From contig JBHGNT010000001.1 in the NCBI GenBank assembly GCA_043228905.1, positions 19,654,001 to 19,718,000 of the forward strand: DNA of 64,000 nt. Reading direction: 5' to 3'. The first letter of the stretch is position 1, and each line of letters begins with the position of its first letter. The notes beneath the pieces were generated by a model. That model did not search any database. It was not told the DNA's origin and was given only the letters and a program-made list of their open reading frames with translations. The translations under genes were made by a program, and so were the position numbers. Below are positions 51,067-62,990 of the stretch, in pieces. This stretch comes from Azolla caroliniana. Lineage: Eukaryota > Plantae > Polypodiophyta.

Positions 51067-54000
51067 TGTCGTGAAGAATTTCGGCCAGAGGCGGAAACCG
51101 GGAAACATTGGCTACATCGACAGGGTGCAGCGTGTGTGCTCGCCCTTGTACATTTAGTGTGAATAACGAGGGCGCCTTTATGGCGCCGAAGAGTAGTCAA
51201 GTCGGGATAGACGATCCCATGTAAGTCGGGATTTATCCCACATTGTAACGCATCCCTCTCCTTGTTCTATAAAAGGAAGGGAGCGGCCTTTGTGAAAGGG
51301 TTGCCCATTTTGCGTTAGAGGGTATATCGTTAGATTTAGGGTTAGCTACGTTTCTTCTTCTTCTTCTTCTTCTTCTTCTCCCCTTCGTGTTTTGCTTAGG
51401 GTTTGCTTTGGCTCGGCCTCCTGTGCAAGACCCCGCTCAGCGCGACGAGCCGAGAGCTCCCCGATGGCGGCTTGACAACATACGACTGCTGTAACCTACC
51501 TTGGTCCGGCTCGACGCCGGGAATGTATTCTTCCTTTTATATATATATATATACGTTGCGTCTGTCTGTGTATATTCGCGTCTCTGTTGGTGTCGGGTGC
51601 TTCCCCTTTCCTGCGTTTCCTGTACATAAAGGCGTGAGTCGGGTCGGCATGTGTGTGTGTGTGTGTGTGTGTGTGCGTGAGTCGGTGTTAAGCGCGCGCT
51701 CCCTCTCTTTCTCTCTCTCCCTTCGGTCGCTTCCGGTGTTCTTCTGGGATCCCCCCCCGGAAACGGTGAAGCACGACTTCCTATGCTCCGTCACTCCCTA
51801 GTCCAAGACCCCTGTGGTCCCGCCTTTCTCCACGCACGCGCGTAAGAACGCGACATATTTGGTGAACCCGACGTGAAAGGCGGCGAGGGAGGATGGAGTC
51901 GGAAGACGACGACCTTGCGGAGATGGTGGCCGAAGTGGTGTTGGAGTCGGCACGAGCGGTGATGAGGCGAGAAGCAGCGCAACAAGCGGTTGAGCGAGTG
52001 GTCGAAAGAGTCGGTCGTTTCAACGGGGACAAAGTCCCATCTTACTTGGAAGCCTACAATGCGGAAATGGAGGAGCGTGGCGTAGACAAGTCATTGAGGC
52101 TGGAGTTCTTCTGTCGGGTCGTAGCTGTCCGGATGCATGCGGAAATAAAGGAGCTCCGTGAGGCTCATAGTTCGTGGGAGGCCTTCGAAGAGGCGCTCCT
52201 GAAGGCATATGGAGGACGGCGGAAGAGCCGGGGACGACACGACTTCGACCACTGGGTAGCATCAGCAAAGACCCATCGGGGCGCGACCAAGGCGTTCCGA
52301 GAGTTCGAGCGACGGCTTGCTCGGCTCCTAGAGCGGGACCAAGGTTTGGTGGGGGCGGACAAGGTCCTATTGTTCGTCAGGTCGATCGACCGAGCGGAAC
52401 GGGAGGCCATCGGGATTGAGCTTGAAGACGATGACAGAGCGAATGGGCTTACGGAGGACTGGTCGAAGGTCGGAAGGGTGTGCCAACGGCTAGATGATGA
52501 GCGAGCCGAGAAGGCTAAGAGGAAGGGGCACGACGGCGTGCCATCACAGCGGGAAGAAGCCGAACAAACAAGGGAGTTGGCAAGGATCGGCGTTGAGGCC
52601 CGGATTGCGGAGGCGTACGCAACTCTCGAGGCGAGGCTCGAGGAAGAGGAAAGATCGAGGCCGCAAGACGAGACTGAGGAGACGGACTTGCCCCACGCGA
52701 CGGCGGAAGATCGGTACGACGGTACCACTGGAGAGGGTGCGGAACAAAATGCCCTCTCGACTTGCGGAGATAGAACGGCCAAGGACGAGGCCGAGATACA
52801 GATCGTGGAACCGGATAATTGGGACCAGCGGTTTCGGGCGTGTCAGCCCGAAACCCCGGGAATCGGAGAAACAAGCCCAGGCGGGGCTTGCGCAATCTGT
52901 AAGAAGACGACCGCCGACCACGAAGAGTCGGTGGCTACGGACAAGGGCGTAAAACGGACGGGCGATTCTTTGTGTCTTCCCACACTTGCTCCCGAGACCA
53001 TGGCAGTCAGGCCCGAGTGCCCACGTGAGTCCCAAGCGGAGGAAGGCGGTGGCGAAAGACCAAGAATCGCCGGCGAGACGGTACGGGGAAGGAACGGACG
53101 AAAGCCCTCGGACCCGATTCCGGAGAACTCGGCATTCGAGCACGTAAGCCCATGTAAGACCGAGGAGATGGATGGCGGCACCGAGGAGTCTTGGCACGAT
53201 GCCAGCGAAGATGGATGGGGAACGACTTGCGAGGAGGCCGAGGACAGAAGCGGTACGAGAAGATCGGCATTCCGATTCGGATGGAGCGTAATCCGGTCGG
53301 GGATTGTTCGATCGGGGCCAGAATCGGCATAAAGGTGCCGATACGGGAGAGGGTGCGGGACGAGCCGCCCTCTTTTACATGGGGAGAAAGACCGACCGGG
53401 CGAAGGTCGGGAGTTGGAAGGGAGAAGAACAGGAGAATGAAAGCCGGTCCTATGGAGTTCCTTACACCGATCCAGCTGCCGACCCGAGTGCCGGCGTGAG
53501 TCCTATAGGAGAGATCGGTGGCGACATGAGAACGGGACCCGGCAATCCAGAGAATGACGAACGGACCCGGACGAGAACCGGGCGGAGCGGACTCCCGGAT
53601 GACCATTCCGGGAGGGAGGAAGAGAGCAGGCCTACGGAGAGGCCGAGGAGACGGTACGTTGGTACCACCGGAGAGGGTGTGGAACAAAATGCCCTCTCGG
53701 CATGCGGAAAAGGACGACCCAGGACAGGGTTAAGAAGGCAAATCGGAGGCCCAAGGAGGATCCTTCACACCGGTTCTAGAGACTTCGGCAGTCGGCAATG
53801 CGGTCGACGTAAGACCAAGATACTGACGGTGGCGGCGAGGTGACGAAGGCAAAAGGGCTACGGACGGGCGGTCTACGGAGATCCTCACACCGATCCGGCG
53901 GTCGGCCCGAGAGCCGGCGTGAGTCCTATAGGAAGGGACGGTGGCGGCAGGTGAACGTGACCAGCAAAAGAGAATGGCGAAGGCGAGCGGTGCTGCAGCA

Positions 54001-56432
54001 ACCTTACACACACCGGTTCTGGAGACTCTGGCGATCGGCCCGAGAGCCGACATGAGACCTAGAGTGAAGAACGGTGGCGGCGGCAAGGCGGGCAAACCGA
54101 GGTCCCACGAAGATCCTAACACCGATCCGGCGGTCGGCCCGAGAGCCGGCGTGAGTCCCATAGGGAAGATCGGTGGCAGTAGGAGAACGTGATCGGACGA
54201 CAGAGACGATGAACGGCAAGGAGGTATCAGGCTGGCGAGGCGGCCACGAACCAAATCGGACCTTCCGGCAAGGTCAGTGAGCGTAAGGAAGTCCGGTCCT
54301 ACGGGATCCCCACACTTAACCAGAGACTCCAGCAGTTCGGCCAACGTGGCAACATGAGACCGAGAGAGAAGGTTGGTGGCGGCGGGAAACGGGACCCGAC
54401 TACGCGAAAGACACGAGGAGAGTCCGGGAGGGACTCAAACAAAAGACACCCGAATTTCGGCAAGCATGGAAACGGAGTCCGGTCCTATGGGACCCTCACA
54501 CCGATCCGGAGACTCCGGCAGTTCGACCAATGTGGCAACGTGAGACCGAGAGAGAAGGTTGGTGGCGGCAAGGAACGGGACCCGACGACACGAGGTTTCG
54601 GAAGGAGCCGGTAGGGGCAAACATGAGGAGGTGTGTCGGGCCGGAAAGGCACACCTGGGACGGAACAAGAGTCTCGCTAGTGGCCTTCGCAGGCCGGATC
54701 GAAGCATGACTACGGGACAGTGCTCGGCACGGGCGGTGCCGAACAAAGGAAGCGGAAGACGGCACAAGGGAGGTGCCGGGAACGAGGTGACGGGTGCCTA
54801 GTGGACTGCACAGGGTCGGAGTCAGGGGATGGCAAGAGAGGCCGGAGGAGGATCCTCCACACTCGCTTCGTAGATCTCGGTAGCTCCGTCGAAGTAGCGA
54901 AGACTGACACGGCAAGCCCGGGGTGACAAGCTTGTGGGGGCGAGGGGACGACGGCAAGCGGAAGACTCAGGACCTGTTGCAGCAGCACGAAGACGGGAAG
55001 GGCCAAGTGGGGTATTCCTCGGGTACGGAGGACACCAGTATGCGGGTGAGTGGCGATGCGCAATCTGGTCGGGAAACGGGCCGACAAGGCGTGCAATGAA
55101 CTGGAGTATGGCACAGCCAGTGCCAAACAACGGACGAGTGAATGTGGCACACGGAGGTGCCGGAGCGGAAAGGCGAGCACGGAGATGGGTTGCGCGGTTC
55201 GGAGGTAGCGCGTAGAAGGCCGAGGAGGATCCTCCACACCGTTCCGGAGACCATGGCGGTTCGAGCCGACGCGACGATGTAAGACCATGGAGAAGGAAGG
55301 TGGCGGCGAGAGGACGAAGGCAATGCGAAACAACATGGGACGGCAATCAGGACAACACGAATGCTCAACGGAGAACATCGGGCATACGGCGGGGAGCGGG
55401 GCGTGCATAGGGCCGAACAAGGGCCAACGGAAGTACGCGTACTACGGAGATCGCGGTGGAGGACCCATCGACGGGTCGAACGAGCCTACGGGGAGGTAAG
55501 CGCGAAGGAAGAACCGAAGCCGACGGATCAAACCGGCAACGAGCCGGGATGCGGATTACGGAAGACCGGTTTCTCATCGGCCGAAATCTCTCACCCTTCA
55601 ACCAGATTTGGCACGTACCGGTGGACGTGCAGTTAGGTGGGGGCGGATGTCGTGAAGAATTTCGGCCAGAGGCGGAAACCGGGAAACATTGGCTACATCG
55701 ACGGGGTGCAGCGTGTGTGCTCGCCCTTGTACATTTAGTGTGAATAACGAGGGCGCCTTTATGGAGCCGAAGAGTAGTCAAGTCGGGACAGAAGATCCCA
55801 TGTAAGTCGGGATTTATCCCACATTGTAACGCATCCCTCTCCTTGTTCTATAAAAGGAAGGGAGCGGCCTTTGTGAAAGGGTTGCCCATTTTGCGTTAGA
55901 GGGTATACCGTTAGATTTAGGGTTAGCTACGTTTCTTCTTCTTCTTCTTCTTCTTCTCCCCTTCGTGTTTTGCTTAGGGTTTGCTTTGGCTCGGCCTCCT
56001 GTGCAAGACCCCGCTCGGCACGACGAGCCGAGAGCTCCCCGATGGCGGCTTGACAACAGACGACTGCTGTAACCTACCTTGGTCCGGCTCGACGCCGGGA
56101 ATGTATTCTTCCTTTTATATATATATATATATACGTTGCGTCTGTCTGTGTATATTCGCGTCTCTGTTGGTGTCGGGTGCTTCCCCTTTCCTGCGTTTCC
56201 TGTACATAAGGGCGTGAGTCGGGTCGGCATGTGTGTGTGTGTGCGTGTGTGTGCGTGAGTCGGTGTTAAGCGCGCGCTCCCTCTCTTTCTCTCTCTCCCT
56301 TCGGTCGCTTCCGGTGTTCTTCTAGGATCCCCCCCGGAAACGGTGAAGCACGACTTCCTACGCTCCATCACTCCCTAGTCCAAGACCCCCGTGGTCCCGC
56401 CTTTCTCCACGCACACGCGTAACAACGCGACA
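51067..56432 (+). mobile_element. non-autonomous Gypsy element (Trp PBS, gag only, repetitive interior)
   Basis: LTRs 51067-51855 and 55648-56432 are highly similar; 4-bp TSD gcgg; PBS tggtgaacccgacgtga 51860-51876; PPT ~55631-55647; no PR/RT/RH/INT motifs seen. Confidence 0.93.
51893..53332 (+). CDS. gag-like protein with low-complexity/repetitive C-terminus (479 aa)
   Basis: N-terminal ~200 aa align by eye with gag at 16989-17600 (GRFNGDKVPSYLEAY vs GRFGGKNTTSYLEAN; GLTEDWSKV vs GLTADWAVV). Confidence 0.75.
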   Translation: MESEDDDLAEMVAEVVLESARAVMRREAAQQAVERVVERVGRFNGDKVPSYLEAYNAEMEERGVDKSLRLEFFCRVVAVRMHAEIKELREAHSSWEAFEEALLKAYGGRRKSRGRHDFDHWVASAKTHRGATKAFREFERRLARLLERDQGLVGADKVLLFVRSIDRAEREAIGIELEDDDRANGLTEDWSKVGRVCQRLDDERAEKAKRKGHDGVPSQREEAEQTRELARIGVEARIAEAYATLEARLEEEERSRPQDETEETDLPHATAEDRYDGTTGEGAEQNALSTCGDRTAKDEAEIQIVEPDNWDQRFRACQPETPGIGETSPGGACAICKKTTADHEESVATDKGVKRTGDSLCLPTLAPETMAVRPECPRESQAEEGGGERPRIAGETVRGRNGRKPSDPIPENSAFEHVSPCKTEEMDGGTEESWHDASEDGWGTTCEEAEDRSGTRRSAFRFGWSVIRSGIVRSGPESA

Positions 56433-56757
56433 GCGGGATGTATGGCGTGCTGAAACTGTTTACTATCCCGTTTGGCATGCCTACATATTTTCTTTATTTC
56501 CCCCTCTCTCTTAACTCCCCTTTTAATATTTCCCCTCCTTTTACATTTTATATCCTAACTCTCTCTTTTCTTTTTATCCCTCTTTTACATTATAAGCTCT
56601 TTTTCCTTACCAAAATCTCCCCCTTGTCACATTAAAGCCCATAATATCGTTTTCCTTCTTCTCCAAATCTTCCCCTTTTCAAATCATATCCACAAGCACA
56701 CACCCCCACCCCCTAAAGCCTCTCCTAAAACTCCTTATATAAAGCTATCCATCCCTA

Positions 56758-56816
56758 ATGGTCATTTTAGCACTGATGAGCCCCGTAGGGGGCGAAACTA
56801 GTTTGCTCATGACCAT
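56758..56816 (+). ncRNA. minimal type I hammerhead ribozyme with intact core (antisense to the RT ORF)
   Basis: atggtcattttagca-CTGATGA-gcccc gtag ggggc-GAAA-ctagt-t-tgctcatgaccat: stem I agca/tgct plus atggtca/tgaccat, 5-bp stem II, palindromic ACTAGT stem III, GUU triplet. Confidence 0.9.
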
Positions 56817-56882
56817 ATCCCCATGTAATTTCTTTACCAATCTTAATGATAATTAGCAATAGTTTTGCTCTTAATCACTCAG

Positions 56883-56934
<52 letters not shown>

Positions 56935-57161
56935 CATGTCAGTAACATTTGTTTTAGTCTTTTTAATTAATACTTAATGACTAGCCCTCTCTTCCTTTCT
57001 CACTATATTATTAGATTTTTTTAGTTATATTTAAGTTTTAATCCCTATAGTAATTAAAAGTTATCAAGTTTTAATCTCTCTCTCTAATGCTCTCTAAGCC
57101 ATGCACCGATGACACACCATTCACACTCCTTGTCGATGATCGTACGATCAACAAAATCAAA

Positions 57162-57240
57162 TTTTCTTACTCTTCCCATATCATCTCAATAGTTGTGCTA
57201 GTTCGCTCGCACTCCTTGTCACGATGCTACGGTCACAACA
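57162..57240. repeat. right terminal inverted repeat of the PLE
   Basis: Reverse complement of 44697-44775. Confidence 0.92.
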
Positions 57241-57600
57241 ATATCTAGAAGTTATTGGTGGCCACAACCTTGGAAACTTGTTAAAGAATTCGTGAAAACA
57301 TGTGATACATGTGCCCATGCCAAAGTAGTACATCATTGTCCCTATGGTCTACTTCAACCTTTGCCAAATCTAGATAGGCCATGGGCCTCCATCTCGACAG
57401 ACTTTATCACTAACCTTCCAGACATTGATGGATTCAATTCAATATTGGTGGTGGTTGATAGATTCACAAAGATGGCACATTTTATTCCATTTTCTAAGAC
57501 AATTTCAGGGATAGAGACAACAAATCTATTATTAACAAGTATTGTGCGCCTTAACGGTTTATCGAATGACATTATCTTTCATCGCAATCCCTAATTCATG
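57241..57600 (+). repeat. direct duplicate of host integrase segment 44134-~44494
   Basis: atatctagaagttattggtggccacaaccttgg... appears at both 44134 and 57241; ORF 57292 matches ORF 44195 with a few percent divergence. Confidence 0.92.
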
Positions 57601-57710
57601 ATTTTCATCTCAGATATCCTCACAAACCCGCACCTTCTTGAAGTCAACGCTTAAGGGGAGGATAATATCATGAACATCGAGTCGAATTTGAGCCTTAGGT
57701 CCTTATATAT

Positions 57711-57745
<35 letters not shown>

Positions 57746-58729
57746 TATTTATATTTATATTTATATTTATATTTCTCCTAGATAGACTTTAGACTTTAAA
57801 CCTTTGTATAAAGACTGAGTATGTAAGAATTAGTATGTACGACTTAGTATGTAAGACTAAGTATGTAAGACTTGGCATGCAAGAATCACTATGCTTGTTA
57901 TTATAGTATGTATGACTTGGCATGAGCATGCTTATCATGCATCACTATATGTATAAAAAGGGTTGATCTCCCTTGTTAACATCAAGGAGATCAACACCAG
58001 TCATGGAATAAATATTCTCACTCATTGTCATCAACTTCTCCATCTCTCTATCTCATCAACTTACCCATCTCTTTGTCTTCCAATTGTTCATCTGTGACAC
58101 CATGCCACCTTGGCCACTACACGAGACCCATTTTTTCCACCCTAGAGGAAGTTGCGTATGAGGGTTTGAACTTTCATGATTTCTGACCTAGAGAACAACC
58201 AAACTGATGCGATAAACCACATTGAGGCCAACAACACTGAATTTGCAATCACAACCCGACCTGCAAAGGATAGGTGCTGAGAGTCCCAATAAACTAACTT
58301 ACACATGATTGATAACACCAATGGTGATAACATCACCCCAGATGGTAAATTTATACCAACAAGACAACCTAACTAACGAATGGGCTCCCCATGATTAAGC
58401 CAACGGAATGCAGGGCCTAGATACCACACTAGGCATGGTTCATCATTGGCCCAAGGGCCTACAGATTTATTCCAATTGAGAGAGGGTCCAGTAGCATTTG
58501 GAAAAATCTACAAAACATTCTATACCCGATCAAGATTAATAACATCTCCATGAATATAAAGAGTAGTGTCATCCACAAACTCAGCATAAAGAACTGTCAA
58601 GTTTGCAATAGGTAAAGCTATTGCTTGGATGGTTGTCTTCAAGGATATGAGAAAAGATGCGTTATGTACACATAACGTTGGTGAGGGTAGGTCACTAATA
58701 TTTACATTAGTTAAGGGTATGTTCACTAA

Positions 58730-61700
58730 TGTTAAAAAGGGGCTAATGTGATTGGATAGAAGGAATGATAGGTGCATGCACTATCATGATTTAGGAAACC
58801 AATGAATGGAGACCCTTTTAAAAAGGCACATCTCTTCAAGGGGCCTAGGAAAAGGTATAAATATGAGGCTTAGCTACCCTCATAAGCACATTACATTGGA
58901 AGGTTGTTGTCTTAGACACCGGTGGTGCGGGCTAGGCTTTCGTCTCGACAATCGTGTTTATCTCTTCCAAGGTATTAGTCATCCTAATATCCGGCGGTAG
59001 GGGACGTCGGTGGTAGGTTGGCTATGTCTAGATCATAGCCAATCTATTTTCCTTCTTTTACTTTACTTTGGTCTATTGATTAGTAATAGACTCTTAACAG
59101 TGGTATCAGAGCTTTTGCTAACAATTTTTTGTTGTTGTTTTGATATTTTTTGCATATGAGCGATGGGGATCTAACAAGGCTCATGATGCTCTTCTCAAGA
59201 TCAAAACAACACTCTAAACCTGGTATTCTTCTTTCTCGATCTCTCTTCTTTCTATGATGTGTTCTTGTTGGTCGAATCAAATTTGTATTACGTTTTCTTT
59301 TCTTTTCTTTCTTCTTTCTAGCATGATACGATTTTAATTATTATTGTGCATCGGGCCGAGCGTGTTTGCACTAATCGCACACGCTCAACTCATGGCCCTT
59401 TTGTATATTGCGATGTATCTCCTATGCCCCCCTCTCTTGAGCCTTCTCTTACGATATTAATTATTGGTGTGCATTGGGTCGAGCATGTTTTCCCTAATCG
59501 CACACGCTCACCTCATGACCCTGTTGCATATGATGTTGAGTATGCCACTCTTCCCTCTATTGAGCCATCACTTGGCCAAGTCTATGGGATATTGTGGCCA
59601 TGACAAGGTGTATGTCGCCTACCTATGCTACTCTACTCTCTATTGAGCCATCACTTGGCCGATTCTATGGGATGTTATGGCCTTGATGAGGTATATGTCA
59701 CTTACCTATGTCACTTTACTCTTTATTGAGCCATCACTTGGCCGATTCTAGGGAGATGTGGTGGTCTTGAGGAGGTGCATGTCGACTACTCTAGGGTTTC
59801 GTACCTTAAGGCATGCTTAATGTTCCATACACCTAATTGCTTATTATTCTAATTAATTTCTAATTCCACAAATTGTCCTTTCACTTATATGATTATCTCG
59901 TAATTATTGTTTACTCACCCACAATTAATTCTCCTTTCCCCCCTTTCTTTTCATGTTTAAAGTATTTATGTGCGTTTACCTATGATGTAACGCTTACGTG
60001 TAGACTATCTTTCGTATTGACTGGGCATCATGCCGCTTTTTGAACGATTATTTCCAACGGGTCATCTAGGTTTAACTCATATTATTGAGCCTTAGAACTC
60101 AAGTGAAATCATATGAGTTTCCCTATTGATATTTTACTCATAAATTTGAGTACTACATCTTTGCGCACAATACCACCACCATTTGGATCAATTTGTGGCT
60201 TATGTCACAATTGTGCAAATTACAACCACCATATTTGGATGTATATGTGCATACCTCGCAACATCCATTTATTTGTGACATTGTTTTCTTAGTAGGTAGC
60301 ACATGGGTTTTTTGACCCTTGTTTTCGTCACTACTTGCCTCTAATGGGCAGTGCCTTATTTTATCATTTTTATCATCACATTTGCTTGTTACTTGCAATA
60401 CTAGAATATTACTTGCGAGTGCACTTGTTTTTTCATGTAATACACTTTCTCGACCATATCAATACATGTTGGGTTGGCATTTTAATATAAGGCTTACTAG
60501 GAAATTACATAGATGTTGGAACTATGGTTGAGCCTGGGGGAGCCGCCATGATTACTCAAGATAGAGATCCAAGAAAGACATCTTAGCTATGTTTGTCCCC
60601 ATGGTTTTTAAAACACCATAGTGTTACCATAGTTATCGGATCTCGAATCACATCTCATATGTCTAGAGGGGTAAAGACGTGAGATGCTTTCTTGGTAAAG
60701 TTCTTCCAATCAAAATTTCAAGCATTCATTTTGCTTGTGTATTTTCTAAACCTCCTCATTTATATTGCATAACCACAACTTGCATCATGGAACAAGTTTT
60801 GAATGTTGTTGGAGCAATCTCTCTGACAGAGACCTCTCAACTCCAATCTGCATCTCGCACACAAGCTGAGATCACTATTGAGCAATTGCTCACTACTACC
60901 TTGCATCAATTGGCCGAAATGAGGAAGGTCAATATGGCATTGGAAAAGAAATTCCAAGAATTGACTATTGAGTCCAAGAAAGAAGGTGAGCCTTCTTTCG
61001 TAGTGACGCCATTCAAGGGAGATAAGAAAGAAAGAACCGAGGCCATTAGCACTTGGCTTGGTCGTTGGGAGTCTCACTTTGAGCTCCACCCCACGCCCGA
61101 TGTTGTAAAAATTGGTTATGTCGGTTGTGAGTTAGGTGGCCGAGTTGCTGCTTGCTAGTGCGGCCTAAGGACTGCAAAGAACTTACCTACAACTTGGGAA
61201 GGTTTCGTTGATGTTTTTAAGAAATAGTTTTTGCAGCCACCTTCTTAAACTGAACAAGCGCAACACTTGCTCACGTTGTCGAGTAAGCCATTTACCTCTC
61301 TCGAGGATTATGTGCATCATGCTCAGAACCATATCCAAAAATCGGGACTTACGGGTGAGAAATGGTTTGTTGCTTGCTTTTTGAATGGTATTCCTAATGG
61401 GGATTACCATTGGATTGTCCAGGACAAGGACCCCACAACTTTTGAGGAAGTCGTCAACATTGTACTTCGGTACCATAGGACTTCCAAGAAAGACCACAAT
61501 AAATTTGTGTTCGCCAAAACTCCGAATGTGAAGTTCATTGGGAAATGTAAGCAATCCAATGACACTCTTGACCGCGACTCCAAGAAACCTAACCTCTTCT
61601 ATGCATATTGCAAGAAGCGGGGCCACACAAAGGATACTTGTTGTCGTCTTGAGAGGAAGTCAATGAACACCCCTCCTCAAGGCAAATCTATGAGTCACAC

Positions 61701-62990
61701 AGGTGAGTCTTTTGATGTTGTTGAAGTTCATACCAACCACTTAAGTTCATGTGAATGAACTTTTCCTTCACATTTACTTGGACCTAATGATTTACTCCAA
61801 GCAATTGGGTATATCAATGGAACACAAGCACATTTCTTGTTTGATTCCGGTAGTTCTCACAATTTTCTTAATGATCACTTTGTGCAGCAAATGGAATTCC
61901 ACATAAATGCAAGTGATCATATCTATCAAGTTCACATGGAAAATGGAAGCGTTCAATACATTAGTGGCATTGTTCATCAACTGCCAATTCAAATAGATAC
62001 CTATTTGGAGAAGCTAAACTTTCATGTTATGAAACTACAATCCGCAAATGTCATTTTAGGATACCCTTGGTTTTCTAATAAAAACCCTTCTTTGTCCATT
62101 GATTGGGTTAATCACTCAATCACATTTGAACTTAATAATTGTAAACATTTTATTCAATGTTCCAAACTTCCTTCTCATTCACTTGTGTCTTCTAAATCTT
62201 TAAGTGAGTATCTAGTTCATTAATTTATTCGTGTGTAATTGCTCCTACGCTTCAATTTTATTATTTTAATATTGACGCCACACCATTACCACATTATGAA
62301 CAATGATTACTCAACTCTATTTTAGACTATTTTCAAGAGGTGTTTCCTAACGAATTGCCGCTTACTTTACCACCAAAACGTAATGTGGACCATCAAATTG
62401 AACTCATCCCCCGTGCTGCTCCTGTGAGCATTCCACCTTACCGACTTGGTCGATTAGAAGAGGATGAGATCGCAAAACAACTTAAGGAATACTTGAGTAT
62501 GGGCCACATTAGGTATAATAAATCACCTTGGGGTGCGCCAGTTCTATTAGTAAAGATGAAGGAAGGTTCATGGCGAATGTGTATCAATTATCGTTGTTTG
62601 AATAAAATGACAATTAAAAAGGCATATCCGTTACCTCGTGCCGATGATTTGATTGATCATTTGCATGGGGCTCGATATTTTACGAAAATTGACTTACGAA
62701 CAGGTTAACATCAGATTTGCATTGCTGAGGATGATATTCCTAAAACCGCTTTTCGTACGTGCTATGGCCATTATGAGTTTTTAGTCATGCCTTTCGGGTT
62801 GACTAATGCTCCAGCCACATTCCAACAAGCGATGAATAACGTTTTCCAAGATCAACTCAGTGATTTTGTTGTCGTCTTCTTGGATGATATTTTGATATAT
62901 AGCCGTACCATGCAAGATCATGTTCAACATGTTCGATTTGTTTTCCAAAAGTTGCGTAACAACTCTTTCTATGCAAAACATTCAAAATTG
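58730..62990 (+). mobile_element. chromoviral Gypsy element with Met PBS (5' LTR, long 5' UTR, gag, PR, truncated RT)
   Basis: LTR ends ttaaca at 59099 (start uncertain); PBS tggtatcagagc 59101-59112; gag 60679-61758; PR LFDSGSSHNF; [40 protein letters not shown]. Confidence 0.85.
59345..59790. repeat. degenerate tandem repeats in the 5' UTR of the 58730 element
   Basis: ctaatcgcacacgctca x2 and tattgagccatcacttggcc...tctatggga x3 (~83-bp period). Confidence 0.75.

Larger units (their letters stand above)
44697..57240 (-). mobile_element. Penelope-like retroelement, RT-only, with terminal inverted repeats and two hammerheads (~3.2 kb after removing two inserts)
   Basis: PLE RT motifs, 79-bp inverted termini and hammerhead cores near both ends; interrupted by 45810-49789 and 51067-56432. 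Confidence 0.88.
40191..58099 (+). mobile_element. Tcn1/Tf1-like chromoviral Gypsy element, host of the PLE nest
   Basis: LTRs 40191-40541 and ~57666-58099; TSD ccatg (40186-40190 / 58100-58104); gag LPEKFDGTRS; PR ALLDS; RT YPLPLI/IYLDDILIFS; RH TDASNFAIGAIL; INT ISTDFITDLP; PPT before 57666. Confidence 0.92.
38399..58660 (-). mobile_element. L1-like LINE 3' portion (RT to 3' tail), split by the element at 40191-58099
   Basis: EFVDDTTLY (FADD-like) at ~58570; LSFAGRVVIANSVLLASMWF at 58142-58336; continues from 40185 (GGL..IDP motif) to a (GAAAAA)n tail at 38399-38420. Confidence 0.75.

Noticed and set aside
52981-55310. Repeat-spacer pattern resembling a CRISPR or ribozyme array
   Set aside because: Units are long, highly diverged and irregularly spaced; there are no cas genes, the context is a eukaryotic LTR element, and no hammerhead core is visible on either strand.
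44697-57240. DNA transposon (TIR element) or DIRS element
   Set aside because: No transposase, tyrosine recombinase or RNase H, and no short TSD; the ORF motifs are those of a PLE RT.
57705-57773. (ATTT)n/(ATATTT)n tract as a separate insertion
   Set aside because: It corresponds to the (TA)n tract in the 5' LTR (40228-40243), i.e. simple microsatellite expansion.
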